A stretch of DNA of 32,000 bases, from NCBI RefSeq assembly GCF_900112255.1, contig NZ_FOLE01000004.1:243819-275818 (forward strand), in the 5' to 3' direction. The notes beneath the pieces were generated by a model, which did no database searches, was not told the origin of the DNA, and was given only the letters and a program-made list of their open reading frames with translations. Position numbers and translations under genes: made by a program. This document shows positions 1-8,606 of the stretch, one piece after another (position 1 is the stretch's first letter; every line of letters starts with the position of its first letter). The stretch is from Flexibacter flexilis DSM 6793 (GTDB lineage: Bacteria > Bacteroidota > Bacteroidia > Cytophagales > Flexibacteraceae).

Positions 1-173
1 GCCAAAAAGATGCGCAGCGAACCAACTTCTACGGGCGAAAAAACTTGCAGGCCTTTTTTTATCAAAATAAAAGAACTGCCCCAAATCAAGGCCAAAATGA
101 CCACCAAAGCCCACGAAGTCCATTGGGCAGACGTGGCGCGAAGTGTGGCGGTTTTTTCGGAAACAAAAGACAT
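1..173 (-). CDS. EamA/DMT-family transporter, N-terminal fragment (gene runs off the window start)
   Basis: Hand translation of the - strand from the ATG at 173 gives MSFVSEKTATLRATSAQWTSWALVVILALIWGSSFILIKKGLQVFSPVEVGSLRIFLA, open to position 1. This looks like the typical first TM and loop of EamA proteins. It is absent from the ORF track because it is truncated. Confidence 0.55.
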   Translation of the reverse strand, partial: MSFVSEKTATLRATSAQWTSWALVVILALIWGSSFILIKKGLQVFSPVEVGSLRIFL

Positions 174-216
174 AATTTATTGTAAATAAGATGTTTAATA
201 AAATATTTTCGGAAGT

Positions 217-1092
217 TTAAGAAGCTACTTTTTCGACGGCTTTTGTGCCTAAAAGTTTGCCGCGTCGGTCGTAGATATTGAGCAAAATTCCTGACATGAC
301 CAGCAGCATTCCAATCATTGCAGGCCATGTAAAAGTTTCGTTGAAGAAAATAAACCCAAAACCTAAGGCATAAATAATGCCCATATAATTCAGGTAACTA
401 ATACTTGAAAGTTCGGCGGCTTGTACGGCGCGCGTCATACAATACTGCGCCATTTGCGTAAAAACGCCCATTAGCAACAAAAAAATCCATTCGCTGCCCT
501 GCGGTGCTTGCCACTGAAAATACGTGAGTACCGATGTAACAGGCAATGCCACCAGCGGAAAATAAAACACGACTACAAGCGGATGTTCGGTGTCTTTCAC
601 GCGGCGAACGCTATTGTACGCCAAGCTCGAAAATAGAGCAGAGGCTACGCCTATTATCATATAAAAAACCGAAATGCGTGTGTCCACGCCTTTGATGAGC
701 ACCACGCCCAAAAACGAGAGCAGCAAGAAAATCCATTGCTTTTTGGTCATGACCTCGCCCAGCGTATAAACCGCCAAAATCGACGTGAACACAGGCGAAA
801 GATATTGTATGGTTACGGCAGAAGCCAACGGCATGGCCTGAAGCGTATAGAAAAAGAGAATCAGGGAGAAAACGCCAAAAAAACCTCTGAGAAACAAGTA
901 TTTGCGTTGGTTACCGAGCATCGGAATTCGGTTGTATTGGAGCATGGCCACGCTCAAAACAAAGGAAATGGCCGAGCGGAAGAATACTAACTCAATGGCG
1001 GGAATGCGTGAGAGAAACTTGACGCATAAATTCATGAGTGCAAAAAACAGGGTAGATAATAACATATACCTGACCCCTTCGGATAATTTCAT
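217..1092 (-). CDS. EamA/DMT-family (RhaT-like) 10-TM transporter
   Basis: 291 aa, hydrophobic throughout, with two EamA-like halves (LLSTLFFALMNLCVKFL... and a second repeat). It lies in tandem with the partial paralog at 1-173. Confidence 0.85.
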   Translation of the reverse strand: MKLSEGVRYMLLSTLFFALMNLCVKFLSRIPAIELVFFRSAISFVLSVAMLQYNRIPMLGNQRKYLFLRGFFGVFSLILFFYTLQAMPLASAVTIQYLSPVFTSILAVYTLGEVMTKKQWIFLLLSFLGVVLIKGVDTRISVFYMIIGVASALFSSLAYNSVRRVKDTEHPLVVVFYFPLVALPVTSVLTYFQWQAPQGSEWIFLLLMGVFTQMAQYCMTRAVQAAELSSISYLNYMGIIYALGFGFIFFNETFTWPAMIGMLLVMSGILLNIYDRRGKLLGTKAVEKVAS

Positions 1093-1238
1093 AGTCTGAT
1101 TGAATAATTTTGAATTGCTTTTTACAAATCGCGGCGCAATTTATATTAAATACCAATGTATTTTTTACTTTTGTAGCCCTTTGCATTGGCTAACATTTGC
1201 AAAGCGAACTTTGTTCTGTTTTAAACTTTGATTATTCC

Positions 1239-2291
1239 ATGAAATTTCATCTTGTTTCGGGAGCTTGCGGCTTTGTGGGTCGCAATCTTGTAAAAAGACT
1301 TCTTAAAATTACTGATGATTATATTGTAATGGTGGACGACCTTTCCACTGGTACGCACCCTTCTACGTGGTTGCCTGCACAGGGTTACACTTCCACCCAA
1401 AACGGCGATTTAGAAGTTATCAATGGTCGTTTGTTGTTCTTCAAAGCAGATTTCAGAGAATTTTTGCACAAACTCACGCACCAACCTACGTTTTTGCGCG
1501 AGCAATACGGCCTTGATTTCGAACGCTTTACAGATGTGTTCCATTTTGCGGCAATCGTGGGCGGTCGTGCCAAAATAGACGGCGACCCGATGATGGTGGC
1601 TTTGGATTTGGCCATCGACGCGGAGTTTTTCTACTGGGCTACTCGCCACAAACCTGCGCGTGTGATGTTCCCAAGTTCGAGTGCGGCGTATCCTGTGGAC
1701 TTGCAAGCCGAAAGCGGCGCGATTGCGTTGCGCGAAACGGACATCAATTTTGCCAAAATGGGACAACCAGACATGACTTACGGTTGGTCTAAACTCACGG
1801 GTGAATATTTGGCCAAAATCGCGGCACAGTATTACGGAATTTCGGTGGCTTGCGTACGTCCGTTTTCGGGCTACGGCGAAGATCAAGATTTGTCTTACCC
1901 GATTCCTGCCATTGCGGCACGTGCGGCACGTCGCGAAAATCCGTTTGAAGTGTGGGGAAGCGGCAAACAAGGTCGTGACTTCGTACACATCGACGACTGT
2001 ATCGACTGTATCCTGATGGCGATGGACAATATCCACGACGGCTCAGCGATTAATATCGGTTCGGGCAAACTTACTTCTTTCCTTGAAATTATAGAGCTAT
2101 TCAGCCGCTTTGTAGGTTATGAACCAACCATCAAACCGTTGTTGGACAAGCCAGTAGGCGTACACTCTCGTTATGCAGAAATGAGCCACGTAAACAATAC
2201 ATTCGGCTGGAAACCAAAAGTTTCGTTGGAAGAAGGTATGCGCCGCGTATATGAAGCAGCATTAGAACGCGTAAAAGCTCAAACGGTATAA
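1239..2291 (+). CDS. NAD-dependent epimerase/dehydratase (SDR family)
   Basis: Rossmann motif SGACGFVGRNLVKRL follows directly after the ATG at 1239, which is internal to ORF 1197-2291. A YxxxK-type region is present (YGWSKLTGE). Length is 350 aa. Confidence 0.85.
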   Translation: MKFHLVSGACGFVGRNLVKRLLKITDDYIVMVDDLSTGTHPSTWLPAQGYTSTQNGDLEVINGRLLFFKADFREFLHKLTHQPTFLREQYGLDFERFTDVFHFAAIVGGRAKIDGDPMMVALDLAIDAEFFYWATRHKPARVMFPSSSAAYPVDLQAESGAIALRETDINFAKMGQPDMTYGWSKLTGEYLAKIAAQYYGISVACVRPFSGYGEDQDLSYPIPAIAARAARRENPFEVWGSGKQGRDFVHIDDCIDCILMAMDNIHDGSAINIGSGKLTSFLEIIELFSRFVGYEPTIKPLLDKPVGVHSRYAEMSHVNNTFGWKPKVSLEEGMRRVYEAALERVKAQTV

Positions 2292-2336
2292 TTTTTCAGG
2301 ATAATAAAACCTTGAACAACAAATAATGAAGCAAAA

Positions 2337-2374
2337 ACAAGTCGGATAATTATTCGGCTTGTTTTTGTGTTTTT
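2337..2374. terminator. Bidirectional intrinsic terminator between convergent genes
   Basis: The stem ACAAGTCGGA / TTCGGCTTGT is 10 bp with 2 G-U pairs, and the loop is TAATTA. It is followed by TTTTGTGTTTTT on the + strand and TTTTTG on the - strand. Confidence 0.5.
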
Positions 2375-2380
2375 GGGGAA

Positions 2381-3217
2381 TTAAGGATTTTTGTCAATCT
2401 CTTTCCGCAGTGCTTCTATTTGCTTTATGGTTAAACCTGTACCTTTTGCGATGGTCGTATTATCCAAATTTAGTGCGATAAAGTTTCTCGCAATTTCGAT
2501 TTTACTTTCCTCAACGGCTGTTTCTAAAGCACTTTTCATGCCCCAATACTGAATTAGATTTTCTTCGTAAACGGCTCTTTGTTCGGAGCTTAGACTTGCC
2601 AATTCCGCCGCGCCAAAGGCTTTTTGAAAAATCGGTTCGTTGAGAATATTAGGAATGTGGTCAAAACTTTCTAAGTTTTTCAGAAAGTAGCACCATTTAT
2701 CAAATTTGGTTTCTAATTCGTGCTCTTTTTTGGTGAACAAAGGCATTTGCAAAAACTTGAAATGCAATTTGTCAAAAAATACCTCTCCGTCTTGGTCTTT
2801 GAGTGCTACATCACGCCTAAACTTCCGTTTTTCTTCGGCCTCGTCGTATTCAAAATCAAGAATAGCCACAAAATAAATGGGTTCTAATTTGAAATTCCAA
2901 TCGCCTTGTTGCGCTTGGTCGCGGATAGGAAACGTAACGTAAAACAAACTTCTGTCCTTAAAGTATTTGACCTTTGCTTTTTGCATTTCCACGATAAATC
3001 GTTCGCCCGAAAGAGCCTTGCAATGAATATCGAAAATAGCTTTTCTTTCCGCCGACAAGTCCGCCAAATTTTCGGGATTACGAAAATTTAGGGCTGCAAT
3101 TTGGTGATGAGCAGGCAACAATTGATTGAGAAAATCAATGAGCAGGTCTTTATTGGCCTCCTCACCAAAAAGTTTTTTAAAGCCAAAATCAGTATATGGA
3201 TTAATGTACTTTGCCAT
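2381..3217 (-). CDS. Rpn-like PD-(D/E)XK nuclease family 'transposase' (PDDEXK_2)
   Basis: The N-terminus MAKYINPYTDFGFKKLFG and the nuclease core D...FIVEMQKAK are typical of this family. The ORF track starts 2 codons earlier, at 3223. Confidence 0.8.
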   Translation of the reverse strand: MAKYINPYTDFGFKKLFGEEANKDLLIDFLNQLLPAHHQIAALNFRNPENLADLSAERKAIFDIHCKALSGERFIVEMQKAKVKYFKDRSLFYVTFPIRDQAQQGDWNFKLEPIYFVAILDFEYDEAEEKRKFRRDVALKDQDGEVFFDKLHFKFLQMPLFTKKEHELETKFDKWCYFLKNLESFDHIPNILNEPIFQKAFGAAELASLSSEQRAVYEENLIQYWGMKSALETAVEESKIEIARNFIALNLDNTTIAKGTGLTIKQIEALRKEIDKNP

Positions 3218-3277
3218 CAGCATACCAAGTTTTTATGCACGAAGATACAAAAAAGAAAAACCTCAAACATAGATTTT

Positions 3278-3314
3278 GGTTAGGGGGCGGCTCTTTCAGA
3301 GCCGCCCCCTAACC
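3278..3314. terminator. GC-rich perfect hairpin just downstream of the hisG stop
   Basis: GGTTAGGGGGCGGCTC-TTTCA-GAGCCGCCCCCTAACC forms a 16-bp perfect stem. The T-run (ATTTTTTT) is on the + strand side only. Confidence 0.5.
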
Positions 3315-3320
3315 ATTTTT

Positions 3321-4184
3321 TTACAAAATCATTTTTTCGATTGGTACAACCAAAATGCCTTGTGCGCCCAATTCGCGAAGCGAGGCGATTTTCTCCCAAA
3401 ATTCATTTTCGTTGATAACCGAGTGTATCGAACTCCAACCCGATTGCGCCAACGGCAACACCGTTGGGCTTTTCATGCCTGGCAGCAAAGCGGCAATCGC
3501 TTCTACAGCTTCGTTGGGTGCATTGAGTAAAATATATTTGTTGTTTTTGGCGGCTTGTACGGCTTCTATTCTGAAAATAAGCTGATTAAGTAGCGTTTGT
3601 TTTTCTTCAGAAAGTTTTGGCGATGCCACCAACACGGCTTCCGAATAAAAAATCGGTTCGGCTTCTTTCAGGCCGTTGGCCAGTAGCGTACTACCCGAAC
3701 TGACAATGTCGCATACCGCCGAAGCAAGCCCAATGCTTGGCGCGATTTCTACTGAGCCGCTAATTTCGTGAATGTCAGCGCGTACGCCTTTGTTGGCCAA
3801 ATACGCCGCCGTAATACGAGGGTACGAGGTAGCAATACTTTTGCCTTCCAAATCCTGAATGCTGCGGTATTCGTCGCTGCGCGGAACAGCAATCGAAAGC
3901 CTACATTTCCCGAACCCCAATAGTTTGGCAATGCTTACGGATTTATTGCTCTCTTCCAGTACGTTTTGTCCTACTACGCCCAAATCGGCCACGCCGTCGG
4001 CCACATAACCCGCGATGTCGTCGTCGCGGAGAAATAAAAATTCGGCAGGGAAATTTGTGGCTTGCGCCTTGAGTCTGCCCGTGCCGCCGCCCGAAAGCTC
4101 AATGCCACATTCTTTAAACAAACGGAGTGAATCTTCGCTCAAACGTCCAGATTTTTGGATAGAGATACGCAATATTGTATTCAT
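3321..4184 (-). CDS. hisG: ATP phosphoribosyltransferase, long form
   Basis: The protein starts MNTILRISIQKSGRLSEDSLRLFKECGI. At 287 aa it includes the C-terminal regulatory domain. The start is placed at the ATG at 4184, internal to ORF 3321-4208. Confidence 0.9.
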   Translation of the reverse strand: MNTILRISIQKSGRLSEDSLRLFKECGIELSGGGTGRLKAQATNFPAEFLFLRDDDIAGYVADGVADLGVVGQNVLEESNKSVSIAKLLGFGKCRLSIAVPRSDEYRSIQDLEGKSIATSYPRITAAYLANKGVRADIHEISGSVEIAPSIGLASAVCDIVSSGSTLLANGLKEAEPIFYSEAVLVASPKLSEEKQTLLNQLIFRIEAVQAAKNNKYILLNAPNEAVEAIAALLPGMKSPTVLPLAQSGWSSIHSVINENEFWEKIASLRELGAQGILVVPIEKMIL

Positions 4185-4193
4185 ATTTTTTAT

Positions 4194-4231
4194 GGAAAAA
4201 TAAAACAACGCGCTTGCAAAAGCGTATGTTT
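4194..4231 (-). terminator. Candidate attenuator terminator 10 nt upstream of the hisG ATG
   Basis: The - strand reads AAACA-TA-CGCTT-TTGC-AAGCG-CGT-TGTTT followed by TATTTTTCC. That gives two 5-bp helices separated by an internal loop, then a T tract. Confidence 0.35.
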
Positions 4232-4321
4232 CAGGATTTTAGAGAAAATTGATCGAAATAAAATTAGCTTGCCGCCTGAAAATGTTTTCAGGGACAAATG
4301 AGCCAAAAATCGCAAAAATGA

Positions 4322-4426
4322 TTATTGCTCGCTGGGGGCGATATGTACGTGCTTATTCTCCAACTGCGGAGAATGATGCAGATGGTGCTGAACGTGAAGG
4401 CAATATGTTACGTTGCAGACTTTCAT
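4322..4426 (-). promoter_or_regulatory. Candidate histidine leader peptide ORF (34 aa, 7 His)
   Basis: Hand translation gives MKVCNVTYCLHVQHHLHHSPQLENKHVHIAPSEQ*. It lies 138 nt upstream of hisG on the same strand, directly after a -33/-7 promoter pair. Confidence 0.35.
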
Positions 4427-4436
4427 ACGATGGACG

Positions 4437-4468
4437 CAAAGCTATAAAGACTTTTGGCTTTTCCCAAA
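4437..4468 (-). promoter_or_regulatory. Bacteroidota-type promoter (-33 TTTG / -7 TAGCTTTG) for the his leader and hisG
   Basis: On the - strand, TTTG (4465-4468) is followed by a 20-nt spacer and then TAGCTTTG (4437-4444). The box ends 10 nt before the leader ATG at 4426. Confidence 0.45.
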
Positions 4469-4581
4469 AAAATATGCTAAGGTTTGCGTAAAACTAACCG
4501 CCGCCGCGTCGGGGTTCTGAAAATATGCTTTATATTGCCCCTCCTAAAAATAGAGAAAACAAATTTTATACACACTTGCTT

Positions 4582-5565
4582 ATGGCTATTCGTCGTTTGT
4601 CGGTTCAGGAATATATAGACGGCATTTTGGCGGGAGACCGCGTCGTATTGAGTAGAGCTATCACGTTGGTAGAGAGCAGGTTAGAAGCTGATCGTCTGGC
4701 TGCGAATCAGGTTTTGCACGCCATTTTGCCGCACACAGGCCGCGCCAAACGCATCGGGATTACGGGTGTGCCAGGCGTAGGCAAAAGCACTTTTATTGAG
4801 TCGTTTGGGTCGTATATTACCCAACAAAAAGGCCTGAAATTGGCGGTTTTGGCCATCGACCCCAGCAGCCAACGCACCAAAGGCAGCATTATGGGCGACA
4901 AAACCCGTATGGAATCACTCTCGCACGACCCCAAAGCCTATATACGCCCTTCGCCGTCGGGCGACTCGCTGGGCGGCATTACGCGCAAAACCCGCGAAAC
5001 CATGCTACTCTGTGAGGCCGCAGGTTTTGACATTATCCTTATCGAAACCGTAGGCGTAGGCCAGTCCGAAACTGCCGTGCGCAGCATGACCGACTTTTTT
5101 TTACTACTGATGCTCGCGGGTGCAGGCGACAACTTGCAAGGCATGAAACGCGGCATTATGGAAATGGCCGATGCACTGACCATTACCAAAGCCGACGGAA
5201 GCAACGTACAAAAAGCCCTGAACGCCAAGATAGAATACGAAAACGCGATACATTTGTTCCCGTTGCCGCCGTCGGGTTGGGCTACGCCTGTGAGCACCTG
5301 TTCGTCCATGACGCAGGAGGGAATCCCCGAACTTTGGCAACTCACCGAAAAATATTTCGATTTTGCTACACAAAAAGGCTGGCTACAAAAGCAACGCCAA
5401 GAACAAAACAAAGAATGGTTGCACGAAACCATCAAACAAACGCTTTTAGACCGTTTTTACGAAAATCCAACCATCAAACAGGCATTGGCCGTGTGCGAAA
5501 ATGCCGTAGAAAATGGCCAACAAGATGCCGTCAGCGCGGCCTATGAGTTGTTGAATAAGTTTTAA
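4582..5565 (+). CDS. meaB: Methylmalonyl-CoA mutase-associated G3E GTPase (MeaB/ArgK)
   Basis: It has the P-loop GVPGVGKST, then IETVGVGQSE and a TKADG (NKxD-like) motif. The start is placed at MAIRRLSVQEY (4582), internal to ORF 4525-5565. Confidence 0.85.
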   Translation: MAIRRLSVQEYIDGILAGDRVVLSRAITLVESRLEADRLAANQVLHAILPHTGRAKRIGITGVPGVGKSTFIESFGSYITQQKGLKLAVLAIDPSSQRTKGSIMGDKTRMESLSHDPKAYIRPSPSGDSLGGITRKTRETMLLCEAAGFDIILIETVGVGQSETAVRSMTDFFLLLMLAGAGDNLQGMKRGIMEMADALTITKADGSNVQKALNAKIEYENAIHLFPLPPSGWATPVSTCSSMTQEGIPELWQLTEKYFDFATQKGWLQKQRQEQNKEWLHETIKQTLLDRFYENPTIKQALAVCENAVENGQQDAVSAAYELLNKF

Positions 5566-5722
5566 TACAGTATTTTATAACCCTTAAAACTTGTTCTACA
5601 AGTATAGTTTGAATTAATTATCAAATCTACAACCTTCAGCCCATAAGCTTAACCATACGGCTAATGGCCTGTTTGTAATATTACAGCTTCCCCCAACAAC
5701 ATCTTCTAGGAACCCAAAAAAT

Positions 5723-6484
5723 ATGCAAATCCAAATTACCCACCGCAACCAACAGTACAGCACAGACACGACGCAAGGCCAAAGTTTGGCCTTTACGCTA
5801 CGCCCCAACAGCCCCGAAAACCCCAATTGCTACTACGCCGAAGCTCCCGAAAACGCCGTTATTCGGGCAGGGAATTTTGTAGGAAGCGTGACCGAAGGCG
5901 GAACAGTGAATTACACACGCCTGAGCCTTACGCCGCACGGCAACGGCACGCATACCGAATGTTACGGACATATTAGCCCCGCACCAGATGCCACTTTAGA
6001 CCGCTGTTTGCAAGAATTTATGTTTGTGGCCGAGCTTGTCAGCTTGCAACCCGTGCAGCGCGAAAATGGCGACTGGGTCGTTTTGCTAAAAGATTTGCAA
6101 AAAGCCTTACAGCACCAAACCAACGCCATCATTATCAGAACTTTGCCAAACGATTTGGATAAAAATACGCGTGCTTATTCGGGTACAAATCCCGCGTATT
6201 TGGAAGAAAATACGGGGCTGTGGCTCGCCGAACAAGGCGTAGAACATTTGTTACTGGATTTGCCGTCGGTGGACAGAGAAGAAGACGCAGGCCGTTTGGC
6301 CGTTCATCACGGATTTTGGCAATATCCCGCCGCCACGCGCACCCAAGCCACCATTACCGAACTTATTTTTGTGCCAGACGCGCTGCCCGACGGCCTGTAT
6401 TGGTTGCATTTGCAAGTGCCGCGCTTGGCCACCGATGCCGCGCCTTCACAGCCCGTTATTTACCCACTAAAGCCCGTGCAGTAG
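5723..6484 (+). CDS. Cyclase-family (kynurenine-formamidase-like) metal hydrolase, divergent
   Basis: HGNGTHTECYGH resembles the HxGTHxDxPxH motif, with E in place of D. A later DLPSVD...H motif is also present. Length is 253 aa. Confidence 0.5.
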   Translation: MQIQITHRNQQYSTDTTQGQSLAFTLRPNSPENPNCYYAEAPENAVIRAGNFVGSVTEGGTVNYTRLSLTPHGNGTHTECYGHISPAPDATLDRCLQEFMFVAELVSLQPVQRENGDWVVLLKDLQKALQHQTNAIIIRTLPNDLDKNTRAYSGTNPAYLEENTGLWLAEQGVEHLLLDLPSVDREEDAGRLAVHHGFWQYPAATRTQATITELIFVPDALPDGLYWLHLQVPRLATDAAPSQPVIYPLKPVQ

Positions 6485-7090
6485 CTCAATGCTGTTGCGC
6501 CCCAACCGAACCAAATTTTTCTGTTCCATGGTGCGGAGCAGTCGGCTAATGGCTTCGCGGTGCGTGTGCAACTCATCGGCGATTTGTTGGTGCGTGATGT
6601 CGAGGCGATGTGTATTGTTGGCTTGGGCGCGTGCCTGCAAATAGCGCAAAAGTTGTTTGTCCATGTTACTAAAAGCGATTAAATCAATCACGTTGAGCAG
6701 CTCCACAAAACGATTGCTGTAAGTGCCATTGATAAACGATTTCCATTCGGTATATCTGAACCACTCCGACACCATGCCCACAGGAATCAGCAGCACTTCG
6801 GTTGTGTCTTCGGCCACAGCTTTTACCATACTTTCTTTGCCCGCTTGGCAGCAGTTCAGGGACATGGCGCAGCTTTGGCCAGCGTAAAGATGATACAAGA
6901 AAATTTCGCGACCGTCGGCATCTTCGCGCACAATCCGCAACACACCTTTTTGCACCAACGGCACAAACACGATTTTATCCCCAGAACGTATCAGCGTTTC
7001 GTCTTTTTCGATGCGCTTTAGTTTGGTATGCGTCTTGATTTCTGCTAAAAGTTGGGGGTCTGAGAAAGTGGGCTTTATCGCTTGCAACAC
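6467..7090 (-). CDS. Crp/Fnr-family transcriptional regulator (cNMP-binding domain plus HTH)
   Basis: It has a beta-roll region (LIRSGDKIVFVPLVQKGVLRI...GQSCAMS) and a C-terminal HTH (HQQIADELHTHREAISRLLRTMEQKNLV). There is no N-terminal Cys cluster. Its 3' end overlaps the convergent gene by 18 nt. Confidence 0.85.
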   Translation of the reverse strand: MLQAIKPTFSDPQLLAEIKTHTKLKRIEKDETLIRSGDKIVFVPLVQKGVLRIVREDADGREIFLYHLYAGQSCAMSLNCCQAGKESMVKAVAEDTTEVLLIPVGMVSEWFRYTEWKSFINGTYSNRFVELLNVIDLIAFSNMDKQLLRYLQARAQANNTHRLDITHQQIADELHTHREAISRLLRTMEQKNLVRLGRNSIELLHGL

Positions 7091-7134
7091 AACAATAGGA
7101 TTTTTTATTTATATCAAAAAAAATATTTGAATTA

Positions 7135-7142
7135 CAAAAGTA
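7135..7142 (-). promoter_or_regulatory. -7 box TACTTTTG upstream of the Crp/Fnr gene
   Basis: This is a perfect TAnnTTTG match on the - strand, 45 nt upstream of the ATG at 7090. Confidence 0.35.
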
Positions 7143-7175
7143 AAAGAATCTTTGGTTTGATAAAGCCCCCTAACA

Positions 7176-8441
7176 TTATTCTTCCGTTGGGGCGGCGGGT
7201 GCTGGCTCGTGTTTGCGGAACCATTTGGCCGTTTGTTGTAGCACTTTAGGCTTGAGAAAGCCCATGTAAATTTCCAACAAATCGCCTGCCAACAAAATCG
7301 CGGCTATGCCTACGGCCAAATCCATTTTGTATCTGAAAAACGAAAAAGACAACACCGAAACATACAGTAACAGAAGCACTTGTAGCAATTGTAACAATTT
7401 GGTAAGCGCATCGTACCAGCGCGAAAGCCTGTAATAAATCCACATAAACACCTGCACATTGGCCATGCACAGCAGCACGCCGATACAAAGCGCAAGCCAG
7501 TCGGGCATTTCGTTGATAAAAGATTTTTCGGCAATCATGGAAACAATGTTGGCGTGAACCGTCATCCCGAACATATCGGGCGCAGTTTTGCCGATATACA
7601 CCTCATTGAGTGGCGTAAAAAATTTATCTTCCCACGATTTGCTTTGAAAATTTTCGCCCATAAAACCCATTATCACAATTTTGTCTTTGAGGCTAAACGG
7701 CAATTCGGGATTAAGCGCATCGGCCACATCAAGGCAACGATATTGCTTTTCGTGGCGGCGGAAATTAATAGATTCAACTTCATTGCTTCGGGCTAAAAAC
7801 GCCTGTGTTTGAGCAGGATACGCAATACTGGCAATTTTGGTAGAAAACGCAAGCATGGCCGTATCCGTGCTGCGTTCTTGGGGCGAATAGTGCCGCGAAA
7901 CTCTGAATTTGTCTTCTCCGTCCGTAATCAGATTCACGTAGCCGTGCAGCGCGTAGCGGTCAAACATCGGGTAAGTAACTTGCGCCGAGTCAAAGCCGCC
8001 TTTGGTGTAGTTTGGGTTGAGCAATTTTACTCCCAAAATCAAGTTTTTAGTTTCCGAAAAAGCCTGCGCCATCAGGCTGTCGTCTTCGGGTGCGCGTGGC
8101 ACTTCAAACAGCGCGTCTATGGCAATAAGTTTGGGCTGGTGGGCATTGATATTAAAAATCTCTTGGGCAATGCCCGCACGATTCAGGTAACCAATATTCA
8201 CCAACACAATATTGGTATCTGTGAGCGCGACGGCATCTTGTATGTGTTCGAGATTTTGGTCTTCGCCCAAATGACGCGAATACACCAAATCGGTTAGCTC
8301 AAAGTCGTCGAAGGCTTCGGCCAACGGATTGAACAACTCAAATTGGGCGGGCAACATATACAGCCCCACCAACACTGCAAAAATAAATCCCGTACACCAC
8401 AAAGTGTCGCGCCAGTAACGAATACGCATAAGCAAAAACAT
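7176..8441 (-). CDS. CHASE2 domain membrane sensor with no output domain
   Basis: An N-terminal TM (TLWCTGFIFAVLVGLYML) is followed by the CHASE2 pattern (IVLVNIG...LIAIDALFEVPRAPEDDSLMAQAF...LILGV) and then 3 C-terminal TM helices with a short tail. The start is uncertain: 8441 (MFLLMRIRYW) or 8429 (MRIRYW). A TAGCTTTG box at 8442-8449 favours 8429. The upstream 100 codons of ORF 7176-8747 are rejected. Confidence 0.75.
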   Translation of the reverse strand: MFLLMRIRYWRDTLWCTGFIFAVLVGLYMLPAQFELFNPLAEAFDDFELTDLVYSRHLGEDQNLEHIQDAVALTDTNIVLVNIGYLNRAGIAQEIFNINAHQPKLIAIDALFEVPRAPEDDSLMAQAFSETKNLILGVKLLNPNYTKGGFDSAQVTYPMFDRYALHGYVNLITDGEDKFRVSRHYSPQERSTDTAMLAFSTKIASIAYPAQTQAFLARSNEVESINFRRHEKQYRCLDVADALNPELPFSLKDKIVIMGFMGENFQSKSWEDKFFTPLNEVYIGKTAPDMFGMTVHANIVSMIAEKSFINEMPDWLALCIGVLLCMANVQVFMWIYYRLSRWYDALTKLLQLLQVLLLLYVSVLSFSFFRYKMDLAVGIAAILLAGDLLEIYMGFLKPKVLQQTAKWFRKHEPAPAAPTEE

Positions 8442-8548
8442 CAAAGCTATCCAGCGAATATAACAGCTTATTGGCCTAAAATGCAAGGTTTGGAATTGCC
8501 CTATTTTTCTTCTAAAATAAAGAAAGAAAATTAAGTCAAGCATTAAAA

Positions 8549-8556
8549 TAACTTTG
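8549..8556 (+). promoter_or_regulatory. -7 box TAACTTTG upstream of the 8607 gene
   Basis: This is a perfect TAnnTTTG match, 50 nt upstream of the ATG at 8607. Confidence 0.35.
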
Positions 8557-8606
8557 TAGATTAGGGGCGTTGTGTAGATGGTCTCAACAATAAACAAGCT
8601 AACAAA

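Noticed and set aside
86-328. 80-aa - strand ORF
   Set aside because: It is out of frame with, and overlaps, both EamA genes (217-1092 and the partial gene at 1-173). Its Arg/Lys-rich translation is typical of an off-frame read.
4249-4491. 80-aa + strand ORF in the hisG-meaB intergenic region
   Set aside because: It has no recognisable features. The region is better explained by the - strand promoter, His-rich mini-ORF and attenuator helices.
5723-6484. 'Cyclase' as a nucleotide cyclase feeding the neighbouring Crp/Fnr regulator
   Set aside because: The HxGTHxE/DxxxH motif belongs to the metal-dependent hydrolase 'cyclase' family (kynurenine-formamidase type), not class III adenylate/guanylate cyclases. 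The genes are convergent, overlapping by 18 nt at their 3' ends, so they are not co-transcribed.
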